DNA of 64,000 nt, from positions 96,001 through 160,000 of the IMG/VR virus record IMGVR_UViG_3300029288_007102; one strand, given 5' to 3'. The DNA comes from a virus (taxonomy: Duplodnaviria > Caudoviricetes). The notes beneath the pieces were generated by a model. That model was not told the DNA's origin. It searched no databases and saw only the letters and a list, made by a program, of their open reading frames with translations. Of the stretch, positions 20,282 to 31,014 are shown one piece after another. Position 1 is the stretch's first letter. Each line of letters opens with the position of its first letter. Position numbers and translations under genes: made by a program.

Positions 20282-20730
20282 AAGGCTATTTTGAGATAGG
20301 GATTTGCAACGGGAAGAATACAATGAATGTAGGCACACTCTGGAGATCTGCTTACCAGTTAGGTGCTACGGGTATTTTCACTATAGGCAAAAGGCTACCG
20401 CTCCAGGCTAGTGATACTTATAAGACTTGCCGACAGATCCCTTTGAGGGAATATCTTACAATAGAGCAATTTTTGGAGAACAGGCCATTTGACTGTCAAC
20501 TGATTGGGGTAGAGATGGACGGCAAACCTATATCCGGGTTCACTCATCCAGCCCGGGCTTTATATGTTTTGGGGGCTGAGGATCAGGGGTTGCCACAGAG
20601 TTTGATAGAAAAATGTGATCATATAATAACTCTGGATGCTATACGCAGACCATCTTTTAATGTAGCGGTAGCCGGAAGTATAGTAATGTATCATCGGGTG
20701 TTTAATCTAAAAGGGGTAGGGAATGGATAA
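20278..20730 (+). CDS. SpoU/TrmH-family RNA 2'-O-methyltransferase
   Basis: NVGTLWRSA, LGAEDQGL, SFNVAVAGSIVMY SPOUT motifs. Confidence 0.9.
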   Translation: MKGYFEIGICNGKNTMNVGTLWRSAYQLGATGIFTIGKRLPLQASDTYKTCRQIPLREYLTIEQFLENRPFDCQLIGVEMDGKPISGFTHPARALYVLGAEDQGLPQSLIEKCDHIITLDAIRRPSFNVAVAGSIVMYHRVFNLKGVGNG

Positions 20731-21109
20731 AATAGAAGAGGCGGAAGAGGTTGAAAGAAACAGAAACACTTTATTAAGTAGGTATGCAAAGGTTAAGTTG
20801 ATAAGAAAGCATGATAAAAAGTGTGCAGTCCAAAACCAAAAAGGTTTTACTGATACCCCCTGGTGTTATTTAAAAAAGATTAAGTATAAAGGGGTCTTCT
20901 GGTGGACAGCGAAGTGTGATGACCCACGCTGTAAAGCAAAAGCAATGATAAAGGAGAAATAAAATGAAAAAGAAAAAAGCAATGACTAGAAAAGAAGTGG
21001 AGAACTATTTAAACGATTATGGATGTATTGGTTATCATCCAGATAGATCTCAATGGTTCTCTTGGGATATGCTGGTTGATGCTGTATATAAACTTGTAAA
21101 GGAGAACAA

Positions 21110-21751
21110 ATGAAATTATTATTTTGGAACGTAGATACGCAAAAAGACTTCCTGTTGCCGGATGGGAAACTTTATGTAAAAGGGGCTGAGGAGATTATTC
21201 CTAATCTCCAGAAGCTTACCAATTTAGCTAAGCAATATAATATAAAAGTAGTCAACACGGGCGATCTTCACGAGCCGGGGGATGCAGAGATTCATTCTTA
21301 TCCGGATTACACAACGACTTTCCCTCCTCACTGTATGGGTGGTACTGAGGGAAGTGGTTTTATCCCAGAGACAAAACCGCAAGATGCTGTTTTAGAGTTC
21401 TATCCTGAGTTTGTGGACGATCATGAGCCGAGGCTCTCTATAAAAGAGGCAAGGAATATAATCCTTTATAAGGATAGTTTTGATATATTCTCAGGGAACT
21501 GTTTCACGAAAGTGGTTTTGCGGGAAATCAATCCGGATATGGTGATCGCATACGGTGTTACCAGCGATATCTGTGTAAATTATGCAATTGAAGGTCTCTA
21601 TGAAAGAAAATACCGGATAGCGGTAGTGCGAGATGCAGTTAAGGAGATAAAAACTCAACCGTTTGAAAAGTGGATGGAGATGTGCATAATGCATATAGAA
21701 ACGGCTTCTCTGGAAAAAATGCTGCCCGATCTCCTGAAGGAGAAGAAATGA
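21110..21751 (+). CDS. pncA: Nicotinamidase/isochorismatase-family hydrolase
   Basis: VDTQKDF..PDG.L, D.H, FPPHC..GT.G, K, GVTSDICV (D/K/C triad). Confidence 0.8.
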   Translation: MKLLFWNVDTQKDFLLPDGKLYVKGAEEIIPNLQKLTNLAKQYNIKVVNTGDLHEPGDAEIHSYPDYTTTFPPHCMGGTEGSGFIPETKPQDAVLEFYPEFVDDHEPRLSIKEARNIILYKDSFDIFSGNCFTKVVLREINPDMVIAYGVTSDICVNYAIEGLYERKYRIAVVRDAVKEIKTQPFEKWMEMCIMHIETASLEKMLPDLLKEKK

Positions 21752-22431
21752 TGGAGCAATTAGAACTTGAAATTCAGATGGAAAGAGTTAAATTTAAGTA
21801 TCTCCTTTTAGTGTTTTTGATGGTATTCAATATTTTAACTGCTACTATCTTATGGGTATATGCAGTAAAAACTATGGATCTGATGGTAAGAGATGTGGCC
21901 TGGTATAATACCTGCTGTTTTATAGGAATGATGGGTGTTACAGAACATCAAATGAAAAGAATATTGGAGATAGCCCAATGCCAGAAAATAATGTAATCCC
22001 TAAATGGATCAAATTCGTTCTCATAGAGCAAAAAGAAAAGACAGAGGTTTGGGCGATCCACACTAAAGACTTTGGCACTTTTCTGGGTACGGTAAAATGG
22101 TTTCCTTCTTGGAGAAAATATGCTTTTTTCCCTGACGCATCTACGGTATATGAGCAGGATTGCCTAAGAGACATTGCCAACTTTATAGAAAATGAAATGG
22201 AAAAGAGGAAGAAGAAATGAAGAAGAAGGGCACAAAGAAAAATGCTTACTGGCATCTTATGCACGATCCGAATGAAGATGCAGATGCTTGCACGGCAGCC
22301 TTTAAGGATTTTTTATTAACACGGTATGATTTTATACTTAGGAAACCTACCTATACGGAAATGGATTTTTTTCAATCTGGCTTTAAATTAGGAATGAAGT
22401 GGCGGGAAGAGAAATCGAAGAAGGGGAAGAA

Positions 22432-23451
22432 ATGAAATATAAACCCCCAAAAACAAGATCCAAAATGCTTCCTCAAGAATTGCTAGATGAATTTTTAGAT
22501 ATCGAGCAGGATGGTTTTCTTAGAATGCATGCACAAGAGAGAGAGCAAAGGGCTATAGTCGATGAGCTTAAAAGAAGAGGCTTGGTTCTTTTGGAGTCTA
22601 CCGACCCGAAAAATGATGGCTTTGATTGGGCTATAGGTAAATTTGAGAAAGGTAAAAAACTCTGGCAGAATAATGAGATGATATGTAAAGGAGAAAAAAT
22701 GAGCAGTAAGAGTTGGTATGAAAGGATGAGGGTAAATAAAAGAATATTGACCCCTACATTTTTAACTGAAATGTATTTAAATAAAAAACTTTCTACTTTA
22801 ACTATTGCTCGGCTCTTAAACAACCAATGTTCTGCGACAACTGTCCGCAATTATTTGAATATATATAAAATACCTATTAGGGGTGTTCACGAATTTCTTG
22901 TCCCCCAGCGGACAAAAGAATATTGGACGCCTGAAAAAAGAAAGATACATGGAGAGATACTTAAAAACAGCGAAGCGTACAAAATAGGGATAAAAAACAG
23001 AAAACAAAGTGGTCCGTTAAATGGCATGTTTGGCAGAAAACACACTATTGAAACTAGAAAGAAAAGGTCTAAAGTTCGTACTGGGAAGATTGGAGAAAAT
23101 GCAACCGGATGGAAAGGCGGGAAACAGTCTTTAATTAAAAGAGTTAAAGCTTATATTCATAGGACTCTTAATTGGTATAAGCGAGTATATGCCCGGGATG
23201 GCTTTCGGTGTACTGAATGTGGGGGCAAAGAAAAGATAGATGCTCATCACATAAAGTCTATATCCACCATTGTTAAAGAATTATTAGCGACCTGTGATAT
23301 TGAATTTAAAAACTCAGATGAAAAATATTTATGGTTGATTAAGCAACCAAGAATAGTAGATAAGTATTTAAAGAACGGTATTACCCTATGTAGAAAGTGC
23401 CATAAAGTAAAGCACAAAAATTGGGGAAGTCATTATGGAGGAGGGAATTAG
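22432..23451 (+). CDS. NUMOD3-HNH homing endonuclease, in frame with an upstream small ORF (internal start 22699)
   Basis: GMFGRKHTIETRKK NUMOD3, RDGFRCTECG..IDAHHIK, NGITLCRKCH; AAGGAG SD before ATG 22699. Confidence 0.75.
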   Translation: MKYKPPKTRSKMLPQELLDEFLDIEQDGFLRMHAQEREQRAIVDELKRRGLVLLESTDPKNDGFDWAIGKFEKGKKLWQNNEMICKGEKMSSKSWYERMRVNKRILTPTFLTEMYLNKKLSTLTIARLLNNQCSATTVRNYLNIYKIPIRGVHEFLVPQRTKEYWTPEKRKIHGEILKNSEAYKIGIKNRKQSGPLNGMFGRKHTIETRKKRSKVRTGKIGENATGWKGGKQSLIKRVKAYIHRTLNWYKRVYARDGFRCTECGGKEKIDAHHIKSISTIVKELLATCDIEFKNSDEKYLWLIKQPRIVDKYLKNGITLCRKCHKVKHKNWGSHYGGGN

Positions 23452-23456
23452 AAGTT

Positions 23457-24140
23457 ATGGATAATATGGCGATTGCGAAAAGAATGAAAGACTATGAGCG
23501 GGTAACAGAAATTATGTTGCCCCACCGCATTCCAGTAATCTTAAGAGTAGATGGCCGGGCTTTCCATACTATTACCCGTAAGAGATTTGGCAGAGCCTGG
23601 TCTCTGGAGTTTGTAGAGCAGATGGTCGAAATGGCTAAGGTTGTCCAGAAAGACATCCAAGGATGCGACTTCTGCTATTCTCAGTCTGATGAAGTTTCTT
23701 TTTTGCTTACTGACTATAAGACCATTAGGACTAATGCCTGGTTTGATTATGACCTGCGTAAACTTATATCTATCTCTTCTTCCTTGGCCGCATCCGTATT
23801 CTCCCGGATTTATGGAAAGCCTGTCTGCTTTGACAGCCGGGCGTTCACGGTGCCTCACGATGATGTTTGCAACTACTTTGTGTGGAGGCAGATAGATGCC
23901 ACCAGGAATGCGATTCAGATGGCTGGTCGGGAGCATTTCTCCCATAAGCAGTTGCAAAACGTGAGCTGTAATGAGATCCAAGAGAAATTATTCCAGGAGA
24001 AGAAGATTAATTTCAACGACTACCCGATAGTCCGGAAAAGGGGATTTTGTATTGTTGATGGGAAGCCAGATTTTGCGATTCCTATCTTTAGTAAGGACCG
24101 GGCTTTTGTGGAGAAGTATGTCAATGTGAGGGAGGATTAG
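23457..24140 (+). CDS. thg1: tRNA(His) guanylyltransferase Thg1-like protein
   Basis: RMKDYE, RVDGRAFH, YSQSDEVS, FDSRAF, YFVWRQ.DA.RN. Confidence 0.92.
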   Translation: MDNMAIAKRMKDYERVTEIMLPHRIPVILRVDGRAFHTITRKRFGRAWSLEFVEQMVEMAKVVQKDIQGCDFCYSQSDEVSFLLTDYKTIRTNAWFDYDLRKLISISSSLAASVFSRIYGKPVCFDSRAFTVPHDDVCNYFVWRQIDATRNAIQMAGREHFSHKQLQNVSCNEIQEKLFQEKKINFNDYPIVRKRGFCIVDGKPDFAIPIFSKDRAFVEKYVNVRED

Positions 24141-24526
24141 ATGAAGAAGAAAAAAGTTAAGCCTGGGTACTTGGTATTCCGGACGAACATCCTTAATCCA
24201 GGGGTAATAGGGTATGGCGATGTTTTTACTGAGGAAGCGTTAAAGAAAAGCTGTAAGACTTTTATCGGGAAGCGGGTGCAGTTAGGCCAGTGTGGGGATT
24301 TTGAGATCGATAAAGCAAACACTGTAGGCTATGTTGTGGATGCTTGCTGGGATCCAAACTATAAATATTTAGAATGTGTTTTTGCGATCAATAAGGATCA
24401 TCCTGCAATAAAGACCTTAAGCTTAATAAAAGAAAATGAGAGTAGGCGATCTAAGGAGACCTGGGAAGAAGTTTGCATGAGACATCGCCAAAAGTGGAAA
24501 ACAATTAAGAAAAGAGGAAGGAAGAA

Positions 24527-24904
24527 ATGAAGATGAACTCTGCCCTTTGGATAGCAGTTTTATATGGAGTTTGTGCCTTGGTTTTTTTATTCTTAGGTGT
24601 CAAAGAAGCTATTCGTGACCAAATACCTAATGTCTACGGCCACGACAAAGATGATACCTATGTTGAGATAGGAAGTCTTAACCAGGTTTGTTGGGGAAGA
24701 AGTCTGAAAAGGCTTGAACTACTCCAAAAGGATCCTGAGATTACTGGTGCTAGGATGATGTATGGACTCTACAACGGGACAGGGCATGCTTGGATAGAAT
24801 ATGTGCGGGATGGGTATGTGATTAAATATGACCCCAGTAAAGACAAGATAATTACAATGACCAAGTTGCCAGAGAAGAAGGGGAGAAATGAAAAAGCTCA
24901 GTAA
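24527..24904 (+). CDS. Membrane-anchored transglutaminase-like/cysteine protease-fold protein
   Basis: N-terminal TM helix; C...GHAWIEY...YDP. Confidence 0.4.
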   Translation: MKMNSALWIAVLYGVCALVFLFLGVKEAIRDQIPNVYGHDKDDTYVEIGSLNQVCWGRSLKRLELLQKDPEITGARMMYGLYNGTGHAWIEYVRDGYVIKYDPSKDKIITMTKLPEKKGRNEKAQ

Positions 24905-24999
24905 AGGAAAAATCAATTACCGGAAGACTGAAAGGATCCTGATGAACAGGACTAACAGGAAACTGGCCAAGAAGGCTGTCCGGGAAGGGAAGGAAATCA

Positions 25000-26172
25000 A
25001 TGCCAATTATAAATAGCTTGCTCGATACGGACTGGTATAAAATCTTAATGTCCCAGGTCATCTATTTTAACTTTCTTGATGCTTCGGTTAAGTATAAATT
25101 TATCAACAGGAATAAGGAAGACAAGTTCCCCCGGGGATTTGACAAAAGGTTGAGGAAAGAAATTCGGCATCTAGCCACGCTCCGGTTAACTCAATATGAA
25201 AAAGACTGGTTGTTAAAACAGAACTCTATTTACCCGGAGTTTGTGGACTGGTTTGAAAAATATAGATTTAACCCTAAAGAGGTCAAAGTTAAATTAGTAA
25301 AAGGCGATCTCCAGGTTGAGATAGAAGGATCCTGGTTAAGAACTATTTTCTGGGAAGTGCCTCTCCTGGCTATAATTTCAGAATTGTATTATAAAATGTT
25401 GGGCTGTACTACGGATTGGCCTTATGTTAACAAGATGATGCGGGGGAAAAGGGTAAAATTGGCATTCCCTTTTGCCGACTTCGGTACCAGAAGGAGATTT
25501 TCTTATGATGTTCAGGACAGATTGGTAAAGACAATGAAGGCAGTTTTGTATGAAGATGGGCAGGACCAAATAACAAATCTTCACTTTCTTGGTACGTCAA
25601 ATCCTCATTTTGCAATGAAATATCGAGTAACCCCTATTGGTACCTATGCCCATGAAGCCCCTATGTTCATGCAGGTTTTTGGGTGTATAGAGGCTAGCAA
25701 TAATCACTGGTTAACCCTTTGGCGAGAATTGTACGGGAAACAATATAGCATAATGCTAACTGACACCTTAACTACTGATTATTTCCTTGATCATATGCCG
25801 GGGAAGTTCTTCCGCATGATGGATGGGGTAAGGTTGGACAGCGGTGACCCTATTAAGGTTGGCCAGAAGGTTCTCAATTTTTATAAAGCTCAGGGCATAG
25901 ACCCTAAACATAAGAAGTTTGTTTGGAGCGATAATTTAAACCCGGAGACTGCCAAGAAGATTTATGGACAGTTTAAGGACAAGACAAACTGTATATTTGG
26001 GATTGGAACAAATTTGACAAATGACTGTGGACAGAAACCTTTAAATATGGTGATCAAGTTGGATATGGTCAATGGGCAATATGTTGTCAAATTATCTGAC
26101 GATAAAGGGAAACATACCGGAAATCCGGTGATTATAGCAAGAGTGAAAGAGACTATTAAGAGGATAGGATGA
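25000..26172 (+). CDS. pncB: Nicotinate phosphoribosyltransferase
   Basis: LLDTDWYK, DFGTRRRFS, GTSN, PIGTYAHE, RLDSGDP, GIGTNLTND, KLSDDKGK. Confidence 0.92.
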   Translation: MPIINSLLDTDWYKILMSQVIYFNFLDASVKYKFINRNKEDKFPRGFDKRLRKEIRHLATLRLTQYEKDWLLKQNSIYPEFVDWFEKYRFNPKEVKVKLVKGDLQVEIEGSWLRTIFWEVPLLAIISELYYKMLGCTTDWPYVNKMMRGKRVKLAFPFADFGTRRRFSYDVQDRLVKTMKAVLYEDGQDQITNLHFLGTSNPHFAMKYRVTPIGTYAHEAPMFMQVFGCIEASNNHWLTLWRELYGKQYSIMLTDTLTTDYFLDHMPGKFFRMMDGVRLDSGDPIKVGQKVLNFYKAQGIDPKHKKFVWSDNLNPETAKKIYGQFKDKTNCIFGIGTNLTNDCGQKPLNMVIKLDMVNGQYVVKLSDDKGKHTGNPVIIARVKETIKRIG

Positions 26173-27615
26173 CCATAAAAAAACACAAGCGTTGTTGCCG
26201 CAATTGCGGCTCCTTTTGGAGTTGTCCTAAATATTTTTCTCCACACAATGACTGGAGGGCGTGTAAACTCTGGTGGCCAAAAAAGAGAGAAAGGATAAAG
26301 AAATGAGAATAACGTTCCGGGAGGCACAGAAATTAGGGATCTGGGATAAGATCTCTGAGATCTCAGGGATAAACCCTTGGGCGGCTAATGAGGGGTTGTT
26401 AGACCCCGATGAACCGATAAACATAACCATAAAAGAAAAGGAGAATGAAAGCAATGACAAAAAAGAAAACAAATAAGGTAAAGTTGACTAAAGCCCAAAT
26501 GAATTTCAGGGACAGGGCTAAATTTGTAGAGTTACAGAAGAACCGTTTGGCGGATGCTGCAGAACTTGTCAATGCCTCCTATGAAGCTTTACAGAAAGTG
26601 GGAGCATCTGTTGAGCCCCTCCGCCTGGTCTATGAGACCATCATTGATGTGGCGACAATGTTAGTTGACCAATACTTGATTACCCCTGAGGAGAAAGAAA
26701 GACGGGATTATAAACCGCCAGTAGAAGCGAAAGAAGAAGACAACGAACCTGAAGAATAACCAACTAGAGAGGACAATTTATGAAAATGAGATGTAGAAAG
26801 TGTAAGAGTACAATGACTTACATAAGGATCTCTACCGGAGAACGGGTTTGTCGTCACTGCGGAGATGTAGAAAAGATAAAAGGGTTGGGCACTAAAAAGA
26901 AGAAGGGGGCTGCTGATGTATAAGCCTAAAACGAAAAAGAGGATCTTAGCCAGGCTAATTGCTTTGGCAAAACTGCCAACAGCAGAAGAGATTAGTTTAT
27001 CAATTAGGGAGGAGGCAAGAGAGGGGATAAAAAATGAGATGATCCGCCAAATGGACAGATTCACAAAGAATAAAAATAGATTTTAATTTTTAAAAAGAAG
27101 GGGGTGAGGATGTGGCTAAAATAAGGTATCAGTGTTTGTACAGCAATAGCTGTAAAGACACTCTCTGCCCGCATAGAGAAAAACATGAAGCGATGGTCGG
27201 GAAGGAAGGGAGATGCAATAGTTGTGAGACTCTTTGCAGCAATGGCGGGCAATTTGCCAAGAAGGTTTTTTGTGAAGTAGTGTAACCAATAAGTAGGAGG
27301 GGGAGAATGGGAAAAAGAATTAAGATAGACCGCAAGAAGGCTAATGAAATGAGAGCGAGAGCCAGACATCATGCAAAACAATTGATTCCGTTAGCTGTAG
27401 TTGTTCATGACATTTTATGCAATTTTAATGAAGATTGTTTTGGACAATTCAAAACCGCATTACATTTCCGCACACCCAAAGGGGTCTACAAAGTAAGGCC
27501 TTACGGTAATGGCCACAATAAGTATGTCGGCATAGAGGTTCTTCTAAAAGGGAAAAGACTGGTTGCTTTAAAAATAGATGAAAAACAAATGCAAAAAGAT
27601 TAGAAATTTTTGTGC

Positions 27616-27644
27616 TTGACAATAAAAGAGAAGTATAGTAGACT
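27616..27644 (+). promoter_or_regulatory. Sigma70-type promoter heading the replication module
   Basis: TTGACA-17 bp-TAGACT. Confidence 0.65.
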
Positions 27645-27757
27645 TAACATCGGACAAAAAGCCGAAAGTCATTCTTACTATTTTTCGGTAGCACAGAGAG
27701 TCTAATTTATGACCAGCACCAAAACAAATCACCCATAAAATTAAAAAACCAATAGTT

Positions 27758-27789
27758 CCAGCAGATAGGCCTAATAGCCTGTCTGCTGG
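27758..27789 (+). terminator. 13-bp hairpin in leader (terminator/attenuator candidate)
   Basis: CCAGCAGATAGGC-CTAATA-GCCTGTCTGCTGG followed by T-rich sequence. Confidence 0.5.
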
Positions 27790-28477
27790 CGTTTCTGTTT
27801 CTATTTTTTTTGGTCTTTGATAACCGCCTGACTTGAATCCACTGAAAAGTTTGAATAATTTAATTTAAAGGGAGTTGACTAATGAAAGAGCCTGACAACC
27901 TGTCTGCAAGTCTAACTAGCGATGCCGTTACCGTATGTTTGATCGGGGCAGTGATAAAACAAGCTATTGTAGATTATTTTAATCCTCAGATAAATGGTTC
28001 GGGATACTTCAAATTGAAATATAAAAGAACCGCCGATTACAAAAGAAAGATGATCCAAGAAGACGCAAGGAAATTTTTGTTCACAAAGGATCTTGACCAC
28101 TATTTACAACATTTTGGTTTAACTATCAATATTGCCTATTTACGCAAACTTTTACATAAATGCCAAAATGGGAAATATAGAACAAATTTGTTAGCACCCC
28201 ACCCTGACGTATTAATGAAAAATCTATGGATTTGATTGAGATATTATGAAAATAAAAGATGTATTTAATAAATACAGAAAACTTGTACCCTTCCCTTGGA
28301 ACCAGAAGAAGATAAGGTGTTCCGGGCTGAATCCAAAAAAGTTTGTAAGAGATTTTGCCAAAGACCTTAATAGGTGTGAGGATCAAACAGTTGAGACTTT
28401 GCGGTTTTGTAAGAAAGTAAAAAGCTTAAAATAAATATTTGCCAGTCTATATAGAGTTGGCATATTTAGGATACCGA

Positions 28478-30010
28478 ATGACATTAGAGCTATGCGTTTC
28501 CGGTCAGTATGTATATTTCCGTAATCTTACCAACACCATCGTAGACAAATTAGACGACCACTTTTCGGTGTTTTTTCCGAATTATTGGTTTATGCCTTCT
28601 TTCAAGCAACACTTCTCTGACGGAAAATTTCACTTCTACAACAAGACCTACAACCGTTTACCTGGGGGACTTGTTCCCCTTATTGAAGAATTTTTGATAA
28701 TTGAAAATATCCCATACGAGAAGAGAGATACCCGTCAGATCAAACCTTTGGCAACCGGGGTAGACTTCTCTTTGGTTGGGGCTGAGGAGCGGAGTTACCA
28801 GATTGAGACAGTAAAGACAATCCTTTCTCAGAAGGCCATAATTGCCAACTCTGCCACGAACGCAGGTAAAACTGAGCTGGCCGCAATTGCCATAAAGATC
28901 TATCTGGAAAGCGGCTTTAAGGTCCTTTGGATTGTACATCGGAAGGCTTTAATGCGTCAGACAGCCAAACGTCTTATGCGTAGACTATCTCTTAAAGAGA
29001 GCGACATTGGGCTTATAGGAGATGGTGCTTTTGATCCTGAAAAGCAGCTTACGATTTCCATGATCCAAACTCTATCCCGATTAGCCATTGGGAAAGAGAA
29101 AGCTAATTCCAAAGTGGCAAGAAAATTGTTGGAAGAATGTGATGCTGTAATTGTAGATGAAGTCCATCACGGCAAATCAGATTCTTATTATAAAACCTTA
29201 ATGAAAATGCCTGCTGTTTATAGGCTAGGCTTATCAGGAACTGCCCTGAAACAAAAAGAGTTAGACTTGATGAGGATCAAGGCGGCAATCAGTTCTAATG
29301 TTTGTGTTATCACCAATGATTTTTTGATTCAAGAGGGGTATTCAGCTAAACCGACTATTTATCTGCATACCATTGAAAATATGACTATTGATAAGAAGAC
29401 GCCATCCCGGGATGAATTATTGTATGAAGAAACCGAAGATGAACGTGGCGAACCTCAAAAAGAACTGGTTTTAGACGAAAGAGGAAGGTCGATAGTGGTG
29501 ACGCCGGGCGTTTATCGCATAGGCGTTATAAACAACGATGGATTCAACGAGCAGGTAGCGGACATTGCCAAGAAGGACTCAAAAATCGGCAATGTCTTAA
29601 TTATCGTCAATCGTACTGAACATGGCGAGAATATCCTGGCAAAACTTGATAAAAGATTTAAGGCAGATCTGATATTTTCCGAACTAGGTACCGAAGAGGT
29701 TATGCAGAAGCTAGAGAACTTCCGGACAGGTAAGACAGAGATCTTAATTTCTACGCCTTTGGTTGACGAAGGTTTGGATTTACCGAACATAAAAATATTG
29801 ATCTTGGCAGCAGGCGGTGAATCACCCAGCCAGTTGTTGCAGAGGGTAGGAAGGGGGTTGAGAAAGAAGGGCGGAGACAACCGCTTATACGTCCATGATT
29901 TTATTAACTGTTGCCACCATCTATTGTTGAGCCAATCAATTAAACGATTTGACGAATATGTGAATGAAAAGTTTGAAATAATCCAAGACGGAGTTCGGTT
30001 GGAGGGTTAA
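28478..30010 (+). CDS. SF2 DExH helicase (UvsW/type III restriction Res-like)
   Basis: ERSYQ, ATNAGKT, IVDEVHH, GLSGT, EGLDLP, QRVGRGLR. Confidence 0.9.
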   Translation: MTLELCVSGQYVYFRNLTNTIVDKLDDHFSVFFPNYWFMPSFKQHFSDGKFHFYNKTYNRLPGGLVPLIEEFLIIENIPYEKRDTRQIKPLATGVDFSLVGAEERSYQIETVKTILSQKAIIANSATNAGKTELAAIAIKIYLESGFKVLWIVHRKALMRQTAKRLMRRLSLKESDIGLIGDGAFDPEKQLTISMIQTLSRLAIGKEKANSKVARKLLEECDAVIVDEVHHGKSDSYYKTLMKMPAVYRLGLSGTALKQKELDLMRIKAAISSNVCVITNDFLIQEGYSAKPTIYLHTIENMTIDKKTPSRDELLYEETEDERGEPQKELVLDERGRSIVVTPGVYRIGVINNDGFNEQVADIAKKDSKIGNVLIIVNRTEHGENILAKLDKRFKADLIFSELGTEEVMQKLENFRTGKTEILISTPLVDEGLDLPNIKILILAAGGESPSQLLQRVGRGLRKKGGDNRLYVHDFINCCHHLLLSQSIKRFDEYVNEKFEIIQDGVRLEG

Positions 30011-30011
30011 G

Positions 30012-30635
30012 ATGACAGGTAAAGATTTGGCGATTTTGTCAAAATTGAAGCAAGGGTTTGGAGTTAGACAACAGAAGGAAAGGAATTCTCGGTTAAAGGC
30101 GATGCAGCAAACCTTATCAGAAGAAGATAAGAAAATTTTCTCCCTTTTAGAGTCGTTCTACAACAGATATAAAGAAAAATATAAAGTATCCCCCAAAGAG
30201 TTAGCTTGGTTTGACGAATGCAAATTCGATTTCAGACGTTTTAGGATCTGGAAACAAATGAAAACAATCCATAAAATTTTAGTTCGTCTGGACATAGACC
30301 AAGAAAAATATTTGGGGTTTTTATTTAGAAACACCTGGTACCCAAAAATCTACGCTTTAGCTACCCCATTTTACACTGGACCTTACTTATCTTACTGTAT
30401 GAAAGATGGGACTTTACTCCCGGATGAATCTAAAAAATATTGGGATAAATTTGTCCAAAAAGGATTAAATACTTTCCACTTTAAGACTAGAGAAGATCTC
30501 TACAAAAACAAACCAGATTTTACCGTTTGGTTGCCTGAAGCTTACCTAGCAAAAGATGAGGTTTACCAAACCTTATTTCGCCAAGGAATATTCTCAAAAT
30601 TACCTCCTAAATCTACACACTCTTTAGAGGTTTAA
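30012..30635 (+). CDS. Hypothetical protein in replication module
   Basis: ORF coupled to helicase with GGAGG SD. Confidence 0.6.
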   Translation: MTGKDLAILSKLKQGFGVRQQKERNSRLKAMQQTLSEEDKKIFSLLESFYNRYKEKYKVSPKELAWFDECKFDFRRFRIWKQMKTIHKILVRLDIDQEKYLGFLFRNTWYPKIYALATPFYTGPYLSYCMKDGTLLPDESKKYWDKFVQKGLNTFHFKTREDLYKNKPDFTVWLPEAYLAKDEVYQTLFRQGIFSKLPPKSTHSLEV

Positions 30636-31014
30636 CCTGTGGATAACTCATCAAAACTAACATTTTTCCACTATACCTTTTTCTCGTCGCTGTCTCGTAC
30701 GCACGCACGCACACCCGGGCGGGAGATATAGGTTTTTGTATTTTAATAATTAAAAAATTAAAGCATTAAAGCATTAAATATTAGAATATTTAAAGTTTAG
30801 CAGAATGTTAGTCAAGAAGAGCGGAGAAATCGGCTGAGACGTTTTTTTTGATAGAAAAAGAAGACAGAACCTTAAACCCCTCCGCTCCAAAAAGCCGGAG
30901 CGGAGGGGCCGGTTCCACTGAAGACTTTAAAACTAAACAAAAGCAACTGCTTCAAGAATTACCACAGCTCAAAAAATTCCGCCTGGTTTTGCCGGGCGTT
31001 TAGGGGATATTAGA
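30636..31014. other. Putative replication origin
   Basis: Gene-free gap between helicase genes; perfect DnaA box TGTGGATAA (30638-30646), AT-rich tract with ATTAAAGC repeats, GC hairpin CCCCTCCGCTCC/GGAGCGGAGGGG. Confidence 0.5.

Noticed and set aside
24141-24530. Prohead-protease-like protein
   Set aside because: Resemblance (GDVFTEEAL...G.V) is too weak and there is no structural-gene context; left unannotated.
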